64,000 nt of DNA. Origin: Desulfomonilia bacterium (lineage in GTDB: Bacteria; Desulfobacterota; Desulfomonilia; UBA1062). Of the stretch, positions 9,300 to 18,334 are shown piece by piece. Where the stretch lies: contig JBEKDT010000015.1 in the NCBI GenBank assembly GCA_050014195.1, forward strand, positions 64,953-128,952, read 5' to 3'. The translations under genes and the position numbers were made by a program. The notes below the pieces were generated by a model, which saw only the letters and a program-made list of their open reading frames with translations, was not told where the DNA came from and searched no databases. Numbering within the stretch: the stretch's first letter is position 1; each line of letters starts with the position of its first letter.

Positions 9300-11111
9300 A
9301 TGACACTTACACGAACCAGATTCCCAATCAAAGAGGATAAAGCACCAGACATCGACCCTACCATTGACCCTGAAACTGACATCGATCAGGAACATAAAAC
9401 CAACATACCCACTACCAAACAGAGAGGGTTCCCTAAAGGATCTCCAAGGCCTCCGAGGATAGCCGAGCGCTGGCAGGAGAACACGGAAGAAGCCTTCTAT
9501 GCCTGGTTGGAAGATGTCAAGCCCATGATCCTTACACGATCAGGTAGGTATGAGGTCTTCCGACCCACACCTGAGCAGAAGACAATCATCAAGGCCGTCT
9601 TCACACAAGAAAATGGAAAGCTTAAGCACTCCATGATCCTGTCCATTCAGCCTCGTAGACACGGCAAGAGTACAGTCTTTGCAATCATAGCACTCTTCTT
9701 TTTCTGTTCCAGGAAGAACTACACCATTTCTTTGCTAGGTAATAACGATACGCACACCGATAGGACAATGCTCAGGAAGCTCAAGTCCATCATCCAGCAT
9801 ACCGGAGGCTTAAGAATTCGGATAGACCCCGACAGGGACATCCTTCATGACTGTATACGCCAGGAAACCTGGGGAAACCAAATAATCAAGCAAGGCGTTT
9901 CAAGTGCATCCGCATTCGGAGAGCGTATAAATCTGCTATGGGTATCGGACCTCCATGCAGCCCCTGACATCTCGATATTCAACGCAGTCCAGGCCTCACT
10001 CTTAGACTCGGAAGATTCCCTGATCCTCATAGACAGCAATGCAGATTCCATAGGCGGTCCCGTTCATGGCTTGGAAGAAGAAGCCATGTCCGACCCTTCA
10101 ATATTTTGCAGACACCTGGAATACAAGGATTTTGAAGAGTTTACAGAGAAAGCCCCTGCATGGATTGACCGATCCAGAGCCAAGCGCATACAAAGAACAG
10201 CCTTGGAAGCAGACTACCAGCGCGACATCCTCGGCAAACGCTCATCAGTAGCCAATGCTCTCTTCCCCGAAATCCTTATCAGGGCAGCTATGGACAGCTA
10301 TAAAATCCCCGTTCTTGACATCAAAGACCTCGCCCATGGCAGACCCTACAAGGTCGGTGCTGGTTTAGACCGAGCAAAGCTGTTGTCTCCGATAATGGGA
10401 GGAGATCACAGCGTCCTGACGACCGTTGCCAAGGTCGCCCAGACATCAGGTGAGCCCGAATATTTCATCCTCGACATGCACGATTTTACCTTGAACCTCA
10501 GCAAGGCAATAAAGGCCAGGATCATAGAGAATCACAAGAGATACACCCTCACCAATGTTGTCTTAGAATCATTCGAGACAGTAGACCTTCTCCCATATCT
10601 GGCAGAAATGCAAATTTCCCATGAGTCAATCCATGCAACAGACGTCGCACAGAACACGATATTCCCTGAGTTCTACCGCATAGTGAAGGACGGTAGGCTC
10701 CATATCCCGGCAAACTGCACCCAGCTTGCCGATGAAATGCGCTCATTCATTTATACCGCAAAGAAACATGGACAATACAGCTTTGGGCATTCATCAAGCC
10801 AGTTCCATGACGATGCCGTGTACGCCACTGCATGGGCGATCTTCTCTCTCAGGAATGAGATTCTTAGCATGTATCAGCTTGATCTACTCGATTGTCAGAA
10901 TCAATCCTCGCTCAAACGGGCTCTATGTTTCTTATTTGGTGGTTCAAAAGTCATGCACTGCTCTGAAGGCTGTGCTGCATTCCATTCAGTCCAGGACATG
11001 CACCAAGACTTCCTGGCATTCAATCAGTTGGACAGCGAGCTTAACTTGGTTGAGTTTTTCAAGGCATACGTCCAGACCAAAGACACCATCAAACAATATC
11101 AGGTGCTGTAA
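9300..11111 (+). CDS. terL: Terminase large subunit
   Basis: PTPEQ adenine-binding motif, QPRRHGKST Walker A, GLDRA and FHDDAVYA nuclease acidic motifs; upstream of portal and capsid genes. Confidence 0.85.
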   Translation: MTLTRTRFPIKEDKAPDIDPTIDPETDIDQEHKTNIPTTKQRGFPKGSPRPPRIAERWQENTEEAFYAWLEDVKPMILTRSGRYEVFRPTPEQKTIIKAVFTQENGKLKHSMILSIQPRRHGKSTVFAIIALFFFCSRKNYTISLLGNNDTHTDRTMLRKLKSIIQHTGGLRIRIDPDRDILHDCIRQETWGNQIIKQGVSSASAFGERINLLWVSDLHAAPDISIFNAVQASLLDSEDSLILIDSNADSIGGPVHGLEEEAMSDPSIFCRHLEYKDFEEFTEKAPAWIDRSRAKRIQRTALEADYQRDILGKRSSVANALFPEILIRAAMDSYKIPVLDIKDLAHGRPYKVGAGLDRAKLLSPIMGGDHSVLTTVAKVAQTSGEPEYFILDMHDFTLNLSKAIKARIIENHKRYTLTNVVLESFETVDLLPYLAEMQISHESIHATDVAQNTIFPEFYRIVKDGRLHIPANCTQLADEMRSFIYTAKKHGQYSFGHSSSQFHDDAVYATAWAIFSLRNEILSMYQLDLLDCQNQSSLKRALCFLFGGSKVMHCSEGCAAFHSVQDMHQDFLAFNQLDSELNLVEFFKAYVQTKDTIKQYQVL

Positions 11112-11317
11112 TGTACGAGAAGACAGAAGATTTATGGCTCCCATTAATAGGAGATGGTCAGATAGAATTTAGATGTGCAGCCTGCCGGAGATATTTTGGG
11201 AGAGGTTTATTCCCACCAGGATCTTTCCTGCTTCATAAATGTGGGAAGTGTGACCGGATAAACAGGCTTGGAGCCCATGGCGCTTCATTGGCATCACTCG
11301 GGGTAATAAAAAAATAA
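11111..11317 (+). CDS. Mu Com-like zinc-finger protein
   Basis: EFRCAACRRYFGRG...HKCGKCDRIN; TAATG overlap with terL. Confidence 0.65.
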   Translation: MYEKTEDLWLPLIGDGQIEFRCAACRRYFGRGLFPPGSFLLHKCGKCDRINRLGAHGASLASLGVIKK

Positions 11318-11332
11318 GGAAGGTAACAAGTA

Positions 11333-11533
11333 ATGGCAACAGGAACAGTAAAATGGTTCAACAGAGAAAAAGGGTATGGGTTTATCACAGTAGACGGTGG
11401 AAGTGATGTCTTTGTGCATTGGAAAAACATCTTAGGAGATGGGTTCAAGATGCTGGTTGAAGGCGATTCCGTAAGATTCGACATCGAGGAAGGCCCGAAG
11501 GGAGATCAGGCAGTTAACGTGAGGGAAGAATAA
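11333..11533 (+). CDS. Cold-shock protein (CspA family)
   Basis: [16 protein letters not shown] (RNP1), DVFVHW (RNP2), [10 protein letters not shown]. Confidence 0.95.
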   Translation: MATGTVKWFNREKGYGFITVDGGSDVFVHWKNILGDGFKMLVEGDSVRFDIEEGPKGDQAVNVREE

Positions 11534-12051
11534 TGATCAAGCAAAATGGCAAATGGACGAGGATTCCACCCGAGCTTGAGCGGGCTTTTTACGCCCACCA
11601 TGAGGCCGGTCATGTGGTGATGCATTACCTCAAAAAAGTGAGATTTGCTTATGTGACTATCAATGGAACCATGTCTGAACGTCCAGATGTTAAATCTTTC
11701 GTCTGCGTTAATCCAATATCCTTTGAGAAAAGGAAAAAGGTACTGGAAAGGGAATTTCTTCTTGATATGGCCGGGACAATTGCCGAAAAAATTTATCTCA
11801 AGTCCAAAGGCTATGAGGTGTGTCCCGGGTATACAAAAAGTGACTTGCGGTTAATCATGAACAAGGCTGAAAAGTATTTTGGGATTACAGAACCAGATGT
11901 AATTGACAAAAAACTAAAAGAACTTGAGCCCGAGTGCAAAAATCTCATTGAACAGAACTGTAAAGCTATTACAGCCATTGTGGAAGCCCTACTGAAAGAA
12001 GAGACGATAGGATACAAAAAGGCCAGAGAGATCATCAAAAGAATAAAATAA
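11533..12051 (+). CDS. Stand-alone M41 (FtsH-type) zinc peptidase domain protein
   Basis: AHHEAGH, MAGTIAEKI, SDL and AIVEALLKEETI match the FtsH protease domain; no AAA or TM part. Confidence 0.7.
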   Translation: MIKQNGKWTRIPPELERAFYAHHEAGHVVMHYLKKVRFAYVTINGTMSERPDVKSFVCVNPISFEKRKKVLEREFLLDMAGTIAEKIYLKSKGYEVCPGYTKSDLRLIMNKAEKYFGITEPDVIDKKLKELEPECKNLIEQNCKAITAIVEALLKEETIGYKKAREIIKRIK

Positions 12052-12077
12052 GTTTTCGTCTTGTTATAGAAAAAAAC

Positions 12078-12176
12078 TATAATAACATATATCACGAAAA
12101 GCCCCCTTTTCATGCATAGAGCCCCATGGAGGCCAGCCGACGGCCAAACCATTGGGGCTCTTTTGCTTTTAGGAGG
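12078..12176 (+). promoter_or_regulatory. -10 box plus structured 5' leader of the portal gene
   Basis: TATAAT 12078-12083; stem AGAGCCCCA (12118-12126)/TGGGGCTCT (12153-12161) followed by T-runs; AGGAGG at 12171-12176. Confidence 0.5.
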
Positions 12177-12183
12177 TTAGTGA

Positions 12184-13530
12184 ATGTTTTGGAACAGCGT
12201 TGTTGACGATGTAGCATTTCGAACATGGGGATTCAGTGCGACTGACCCCGTCTTGATGCGGAAGCAGGAACACCTCCGCAGGATTGAGTATTACCACGAC
12301 TTACAGTTAGATTTCCTGCGGATGCAGCTTACCCGACATTTCGCAGATGCAAGCAAGATCACGCCGATGTTTATCAATGTGACCCGAAAAGTCATAAACA
12401 ACATTGCCAGGGTTTACATTTATCCGGTCACGAGGCAGATCGTCAAAGGCTCAACAACCGACACCGAACTTTTCCAAGCAATTGCCCTCACATCGTCTCT
12501 TGGAAGAAAACTCAAGCTGGCAAGTCGATATTGCAAGCTCCTTAAAACCCTTCTGCTCAGGCCAATATGGCGTGATGGTCACATGGACTTGGACCTGATA
12601 ACGGGTGACAAAACCGATGTCACTTATGGTGATGTTCCGGAGCAGTTACTATCGGTCAAAATAACGATCTATCCTGACTCAGGAAAGCTCGAAGACCTAA
12701 CATATAGCCTTTGGACTGCCCAAGAGTTCCAGACGCTTGACTACAGAAATAAAGTGATTGCAAGCCAGCCAAATCCTTACGGCGTTTTGCCATTCGTCCC
12801 GATCTGGGATGGTGTTCCAGTTCGAGATTTTTGGATCGATGGCGGTGACGATCTGATCACAGCCCAGGATGCCGTTAACGAGAGGTTGACCGATTTATGC
12901 TATGTTTTACGCCTTCAAGGATACGGTCAGCCTTATACAATCGGTGTACCACAAAGCACCGACTTTTATTTGGGACCAGGTGCAGTAACCCAACTGCCAC
13001 AGGGATGTAGCATGGGCTTTGCCTCAACTAACGCCCCAATCAGCGCGATCATCGAAGCAATAAAATTTCTCATAGGTCAGACAGCTGTCTCGTATGGCCT
13101 GTCCGCGCATATTCTAATTGACGAACCGGAACGATCTTCCGGAATTAGCAAGATAATTTCTAGCCAGGAGCTAGATGAAGCCCGGCAGGACGAGGTCGAG
13201 CTTTTCATGGATTACGAGCATAACTTATTCAATATGTTCAAGGTTCTATGGAACCATCACAATCCTGGTAAACAGTTTTCCAAGAATGCAGAATTAAAAG
13301 TATCATTTGAAGATCCTAAACCAGAAGTTGATCCTCTGGTCCAAGCGAACGCATGGACTGCATTGATGGGCATGGGCGTCATATCGCCTGTGGACATCGT
13401 CATGGCTCGCAATCCTGACATAACGAGTAGACAAGATGCCCTCGCATATTTGCTGACTGTAGAATCCGAGATGAGAACCCTCAATGAGGGATATCCCATA
13501 ACCCCAAATCCAGGAAGGACGGTACCCTAA
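12184..13530 (+). CDS. Phage portal protein (SPP1 gp6-like)
   Basis: 448 aa; INVTRKVINNIA, QPNPYGVLPFVP, SSGIS, LKVSFEDPKP; position between terL and scaffold. Confidence 0.85.
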   Translation: MFWNSVVDDVAFRTWGFSATDPVLMRKQEHLRRIEYYHDLQLDFLRMQLTRHFADASKITPMFINVTRKVINNIARVYIYPVTRQIVKGSTTDTELFQAIALTSSLGRKLKLASRYCKLLKTLLLRPIWRDGHMDLDLITGDKTDVTYGDVPEQLLSVKITIYPDSGKLEDLTYSLWTAQEFQTLDYRNKVIASQPNPYGVLPFVPIWDGVPVRDFWIDGGDDLITAQDAVNERLTDLCYVLRLQGYGQPYTIGVPQSTDFYLGPGAVTQLPQGCSMGFASTNAPISAIIEAIKFLIGQTAVSYGLSAHILIDEPERSSGISKIISSQELDEARQDEVELFMDYEHNLFNMFKVLWNHHNPGKQFSKNAELKVSFEDPKPEVDPLVQANAWTALMGMGVISPVDIVMARNPDITSRQDALAYLLTVESEMRTLNEGYPITPNPGRTVP

Positions 13531-13925
13531 TGGAAAAAGAAGCAATCGTCAACGCAGACGGAAAAAGCGATGAAACAAAGGAAAAAGCCCAGGCCCAGGG
13601 CACGGACAATGCCACCGAAAAAGGCAGCAAGATGATTCCCAAGGAACGATTCGATCAGGTCAACCAGCAGAAAAAAGAGGCTCTTGAAGCCCTGCAATCC
13701 ATTGTTGATGAACTCATCGAGGACATCCCGGAAGAGTTTAAAGACCTCGTCCCTGACCTATCACCAGCAGTTAAAATAATGTGGATCAGGAACGCGCAGA
13801 AAAAGGGAATCTTTGGGAAGACATCTCCTGATGGGCTAGACACAAAGAGATCCGGGAATACGGCCCCCAGAAATCTTGAAGGTCTTAGTACACACGATTT
13901 AAGGAAACTTGGTTACAAAAACTAA
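13530..13925 (+). CDS. Capsid scaffolding protein
   Basis: Charged N-terminus, MIPKERFDQVN motif seen in phage scaffolds, directly upstream of MCP. Confidence 0.75.
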   Translation: MEKEAIVNADGKSDETKEKAQAQGTDNATEKGSKMIPKERFDQVNQQKKEALEALQSIVDELIEDIPEEFKDLVPDLSPAVKIMWIRNAQKKGIFGKTSPDGLDTKRSGNTAPRNLEGLSTHDLRKLGYKN

Positions 13926-14004
13926 AAAATAAATCCATTGTCTCAACATAGTTAGAGGCCATTGAAGAGCCCTTGTTTCTGACGTGGAAACAGGAGGAAA
14001 ATCA

Positions 14005-14925
14005 ATGGCTTTAACATTGTTAGATCAAGCTAAACTTTGCGTTGATCCGCTTCAAAAAGGCATTATCGAAGAGTACCCGCGAACTTCTGAGGTGCTTCAA
14101 CGACTACCCTTTATGTCAGTTTCAAGTGATACTTACAGATACAACAGGGAAGAAATTTTGCCAGGTGTCGGTTTTCGAGGCGTGAACGAGAGCTATAATG
14201 AAAGCACTGGCATACTCAATCCCCAGATCGAGACACTCATGATCTCAGGTGGGTTTAGCGATGTTGACCGTGCTCTAATTAAAACACAGGGAAATGTAAA
14301 CGATCTTCGGGCAATTTATGACGGACTAAAGGCCAAGGCATTAAGCCTGTTCTGGACTAAAGAATTCTTTAAGGGTGACACTACAGTCAACCCACGAGGA
14401 TTCGATGGTCTTGAAAAACGTCTGACTGGTCCGCAGCTCCTCGATATGGGCTCAAGTGCAGGTGGTGACACCTTGACCCTTGCCATGCTCGACGAGCTGA
14501 TCGACTGCTGCCCATGGGGTGTTGATTGTTTGTTTATGAACAGGACCATGAGGAGAAAGGTCAATGCCTTGATTCGTGCTTCCGGTGCAGCAATCGAGAC
14601 GGTCTCTGATGCCTTCGGTCAACAGATACCTTCATATGCATCCATACCAATCGGGATAATTTGGATCGATGAAAAAGGTAATGAAATCCTTGATTTCAAT
14701 GAACCTGCGCCTGGTGATGGTGCTACTGTTACCACCTCAATTTATGCAGTTAAATTTGGTGCAGGGCAGTACGTTTCAGGATTGCAGGTCAGTCCTATAG
14801 AAGTGCTCGATCTCGGCTTGTACGCTGGCGGTATCAAGTTCAGAACGCTGATCGAGTGGATCAGTGGCATGGCTGTCTTTAACTCAAGGGCAGCAGCGCG
14901 TCTACGTGGAATTAAAAACGCATAA
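14005..14925 (+). CDS. Major capsid protein (HK97 fold, no delta domain)
   Basis: AGGAGG RBS 13992-13997; MALTLLDQAKL..LPF..YRYNREEILPGVGFRGVNE..GFDGL..AAARLRGI resembles widespread phage MCPs. Confidence 0.88.
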   Translation: MALTLLDQAKLCVDPLQKGIIEEYPRTSEVLQRLPFMSVSSDTYRYNREEILPGVGFRGVNESYNESTGILNPQIETLMISGGFSDVDRALIKTQGNVNDLRAIYDGLKAKALSLFWTKEFFKGDTTVNPRGFDGLEKRLTGPQLLDMGSSAGGDTLTLAMLDELIDCCPWGVDCLFMNRTMRRKVNALIRASGAAIETVSDAFGQQIPSYASIPIGIIWIDEKGNEILDFNEPAPGDGATVTTSIYAVKFGAGQYVSGLQVSPIEVLDLGLYAGGIKFRTLIEWISGMAVFNSRAAARLRGIKNA

Positions 14926-15047
14926 TAGTGTCTCACTCCCAGGAGTGAGTGTTTTACCCGACCGGTCTGCCACTCAGACCTGTGTCATATTCTTAAATGG
15001 GGAGCAAGGATCGGCCTTGCTCCCCAGCCTCCAAGAAAGGATGAAGC

Positions 15048-15239
15048 ATGGAACGTAAAAGAGGTAGGCCCAAGAAAAGTATAAAACTGATGGAAAATAG
15101 GGTTGGGTTCTTCATTGAGATTTACAAGGATCTTCATCAGCAACTTAAGACTGAGTCCGACAGGCAAGGTGTGCCCATGTGCAAGTTTGTAGAAATAGCA
15201 ATCAAAGAATTACTTAAGTCATGTACAATGACATCTTAA
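15048..15239 (+). CDS. Putative ribbon-helix-helix protein with N-terminal AT-hook
   Basis: RKRGRPKK, then VGFFIEIYKDLHQQLKTESDRQGVPMCKFVEIAI. Confidence 0.6.
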   Translation: MERKRGRPKKSIKLMENRVGFFIEIYKDLHQQLKTESDRQGVPMCKFVEIAIKELLKSCTMTS

Positions 15240-16228
15240 AATTCCAGCATCGTGTAGATCAACGAAGCAATGCTCTTGCCTCGGATATGATCCGAGAGCT
15301 TGATGCTGCAAGGGTTGAAATCCTTGGAAAACTGGCTGATCTGCAAGATCGTTACATTCGAGGCGACTACAACACCGAGACATTTCAACGTAAACAGGCT
15401 TTCTTACTGCATCAGAGGAACGAGGTTGAAGATACCCTTGATAGTGTTTTCAGCAATATTGGAGATCAACTCCAATCAGCCTCAGAAGACGTTATCGCAG
15501 CGACAACCGTACACACGATCAGTACAATGAACAATAGCACTGGCCTTGACATCCAGTTCTTCCACTTGGACCCTGAACTTGTCCAGGCATGGTTCCAGAC
15601 CGGCCTTATCGAAGGCTCGACCCTCACAGACTGGCTCAATAAGCTAAAACAGTCCACAGCCGACAGAATAATTAAGGCACAAAGACAATCCCTCATTCAG
15701 GGCGAGAGTGTGGGGGGAATGGTCAAACGATTACGCCAGGAGGGCGTTGAGGGAAGTTATCGAGACCTCACTGGCCTTGCCCGAACCAGTATGCTTTCGG
15801 CTGCAAACTATGCTCGTGAACAAACCGTTACTCAGGGCTTCGGGGATGTGCTCACGGGCTGGCAATATTGCGCCACGCTAGATTCGAGGACGTGTTTGGT
15901 GTGTGGGGATTTGGATGGAACCACATATGGCCCTACAGATCAAAAAGAAGATTTACCCTTACATTGGTGCTGCCGATGTTGCTACATTCCACTAGTAGGT
16001 GGTGAGGGTGCTAACACTGATGATCGTCCAGCCGTTACAGATGAAAGAGTTGAGAGGTTTGACGGCACATACAACGAGTGGATGCAATCGCAATTAGAAT
16101 CCGACCCCGGCTTCGTCAAGGATGTTTTAGGCCCTGGAAGGTTTGATTTATTCAAAGATGGGAAAATAAGCCTTTCAAATATGGTTACAAATGGCGAAAT
16201 AACAACCCTTGCAGACCTCAAAGGATAG
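15221..16228 (+). CDS. Minor head morphogenesis protein (SPP1 gp7/Mu gpF family)
   Basis: LARTS, WQYCATLDSRTCLVCGDLDG, PLHWCCRC, TYNEWM, VLGPGRFDLF. Confidence 0.9.
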   Translation: MYNDILKFQHRVDQRSNALASDMIRELDAARVEILGKLADLQDRYIRGDYNTETFQRKQAFLLHQRNEVEDTLDSVFSNIGDQLQSASEDVIAATTVHTISTMNNSTGLDIQFFHLDPELVQAWFQTGLIEGSTLTDWLNKLKQSTADRIIKAQRQSLIQGESVGGMVKRLRQEGVEGSYRDLTGLARTSMLSAANYAREQTVTQGFGDVLTGWQYCATLDSRTCLVCGDLDGTTYGPTDQKEDLPLHWCCRCCYIPLVGGEGANTDDRPAVTDERVERFDGTYNEWMQSQLESDPGFVKDVLGPGRFDLFKDGKISLSNMVTNGEITTLADLKG

Positions 16229-16254
16229 GGGTTTTCAGAGGTCGGGGCTAACCT

Positions 16255-16482
16255 TTATCCTTCTATAGCCACTAAAACCGCTCCATTAACATATGAAGCA
16301 TAGCGATGATTTAAGTAAGTTACAATTTCATTATCCCATTTTAACTCATCCCCTTGATTATCTCTTGGCTTCCTATCTTTTATAGTCACCTCCATTGAAC
16401 TATATACTCCAAACTGAACGCTAAAACCTTTGGCCTTCCCGTCTCTCATCGTTCCACTAATCATTATAAACTTATATTCCAT
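16255..16482 (-). CDS. Hypothetical protein
   Basis: AAGGAG RBS before MEYKFIM; overlaps the upstream ORF. Confidence 0.5.
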   Translation of the reverse strand: MEYKFIMISGTMRDGKAKGFSVQFGVYSSMEVTIKDRKPRDNQGDELKWDNEIVTYLNHRYASYVNGAVLVAIEG

Positions 16483-16762
16483 TGCTTGACTCTCCTTTTT
16501 CTGGCTCCCCATATAGGGATACCCAGACTGCTCTTTTCATTTCTTTGGTTATGTATTTACCAACTATCGTTCTACAATCTTCAGCAAGTGCAATAAGCTC
16601 CTTTTTTGCTTTCTTTATGCGTTTGTCGGTCCAATTAGGGGTAACATCTAGAAGGTCACACCATTCAATATGACTGAGCATGTCATCCAAAACACATAAC
16701 TGGGTTAACAATTCGCCAATGTCTATACTGCCTGCAACCTTACCATTTTTTAACTTACCCAT
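16472..16762 (-). CDS. Hypothetical protein
   Basis: GAGGTG RBS, 96 aa. Confidence 0.55.
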   Translation of the reverse strand: MGKLKNGKVAGSIDIGELLTQLCVLDDMLSHIEWCDLLDVTPNWTDKRIKKAKKELIALAEDCRTIVGKYITKEMKRAVWVSLYGEPEKGESSNGI

Positions 16763-16995
16763 TTTTCACCTCTCTCGTTCATCATGCTTACATTATATCA
16801 TATTTTCAGATGAAACACGGTTTTCGGATAGGGTTTCAACAGGTCAGGGCAAAACCTTATCTCCTATATCTTTCTTTAATAATACAATCAATTTATATCT
16901 TTCACGAAATGTGAAAGATAGTCTTGTTTTTTAAATAAATAAAAATTATTATGAATATATCTTGTTATATCAAAAGCCTATGAAAGGAGAGAATT

Positions 16996-17349
16996 ATGGT
17001 TGCAAAAAAGGGACAAGTTAAGAAGTCAGGCAATGGCGATACCATTGAAAAGATCAATCGCAAACCAGTCCAGAAAAAGGCGGCTATCAAGGACGATCAA
17101 ACAGCAGCCCCCAAAGAAATCAAAACAGATGTTTTCGGTAACAGAGTCAATACCCAGTCCAGCCTGATCAATGAACTCCTCCTGAAAGGCACGAAGAAGG
17201 ACGTCATTGTCAAGGCTATCATGGACAAGTTCAACAGTCCTGAGAAGACGGCTACCGGCAAACTTCGGGGGCACATCAAACACCTCAAGAAAGAAGGACA
17301 TTCTGTAACCGAGAAGGATGACACCTATACCATAAAGATAAAAGGCTAG
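16996..17349 (+). CDS. Lysine-rich putative DNA-binding protein (C-terminal wHTH-like)
   Basis: AAGGAG RBS; very basic; SLINELLLKG..KLRGHIKHLKKEGHSVTEKDDTYTI. Confidence 0.6.
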   Translation: MVAKKGQVKKSGNGDTIEKINRKPVQKKAAIKDDQTAAPKEIKTDVFGNRVNTQSSLINELLLKGTKKDVIVKAIMDKFNSPEKTATGKLRGHIKHLKKEGHSVTEKDDTYTIKIKG

Positions 17350-17357
17350 GGGGCGAT

Positions 17358-17552
17358 ATGGATCTGATTGAACGTCAGGCAAAAGCGGATCAAGTCAAAA
17401 ACAGGGTGTTCAGTATTCTTACTGTGGCCTTAGCTCAGGTCAGGAATACAGTTGAGGAGTCCGGTCTTGAGATGAGAGACTGTGGCATCAGTGTTGAGCG
17501 ATACCAGGCCGGAGATCATTCAATATTCGTCGATCTCAGGATGAAGATATAA
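17358..17552 (+). CDS. Hypothetical protein
   Basis: AGGGGG RBS; followed by a terminator. Confidence 0.55.
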   Translation: MDLIERQAKADQVKNRVFSILTVALAQVRNTVEESGLEMRDCGISVERYQAGDHSIFVDLRMKI

Positions 17553-17585
17553 AAATATAACCCGCACCTACGAAAGACCTCCCTT

Positions 17586-17614
17586 GGCCCCGGTGCAATG
17601 CCGGGGCCTTTTTT
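17586..17614 (+). terminator. Rho-independent terminator
   Basis: GGCCCCGG-loop-CCGGGGCC followed by TTTTTT. Confidence 0.85.
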
Positions 17615-17666
17615 ATGCCCCTCGATGAATTTGGGGAGTCCTTTTAAGGCCCCGCCGCAACTGTGT

Positions 17667-17897
17667 CTAATCCTTCAATGGAATCCAGGCCCAACGGTGA
17701 AAGCCTTCTCTAAGCTTATATTTATAACAATCACCATTCGAATAAGTTGATGTCAGGATTCCTTGATCAGCATTGTAATCCCAGGTAAAAATATCACCGT
17801 ATGTTCCTCGGACCTGACACTTAAAACTTTTCTTTAAATCTATACTCAAAAAATCCAACTCGTCCTCGTCCCAAATTTCCTTATCTCCCAGATCCAT
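17667..17897 (-). CDS. Hypothetical protein
   Basis: AGGAG RBS before MDLGDKEIW. Confidence 0.5.
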   Translation of the reverse strand: MDLGDKEIWDEDELDFLSIDLKKSFKCQVRGTYGDIFTWDYNADQGILTSTYSNGDCYKYKLREGFHRWAWIPLKD

Positions 17898-18074
17898 TGT
17901 GATTCTCCTATAAATTTTTATTCGACGAATAAACAATCGTACAGACTATCGTAGCACACTTTTTTCAAAACCTTGTTCAGTCTGGAAAAATAGTTTTTAT
18001 GAGTAATTATCTTGTTTTATTTATATATTTATTTTATGATATTCTTAAAATAAATAAGGCAGGAGGGCCAAGTT

Positions 18075-18317
18075 ATGGCGGAAAAATTGAGGGCTTTTAC
18101 CCTTTACATCGAAGATATAAAGCTCCGTAAGATGAAGGCGATAGCAGCCTACAAGGATAAAAAGACAAGGGAAATTGTCAACGAGATGTTCGATCTCTAC
18201 CTGGCAAAGTTCGCTGAAACTGAGCAAGGCAAGCAGCTTATGGCATCCTTTGAAGAAGAACACAAAGGGGAAATCAAACTTACTCGCCTGAAGAAACCGG
18301 AATCACAAAAACCATGA
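18075..18317 (+). CDS. Putative ribbon-helix-helix protein upstream of the recombinases
   Basis: AGGAGG RBS; RAFTLYIEDIKLRKMKAIAAYKDKKTREIVNEMFDLYL. Confidence 0.6.
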   Translation: MAEKLRAFTLYIEDIKLRKMKAIAAYKDKKTREIVNEMFDLYLAKFAETEQGKQLMASFEEEHKGEIKLTRLKKPESQKP

Positions 18318-18334
18318 TATAATAAGGGGGAAAT

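Noticed and set aside
8552-9382. ORFs 8552-8734, 8604-8828, 8682-8867, 8868-9164 and 9188-9382 as genes (e.g. TerS)
   Set aside because: They overlap each other, have no recognisable motifs and lie in a probable ori/regulatory region; 8868-9164 is not fully excluded.
14005-14925. Encapsulin nanocompartment interpretation of the capsid gene
   Set aside because: It is flanked by portal, scaffold, terminase and minor head genes, so it belongs to a DNA-packaging head module.
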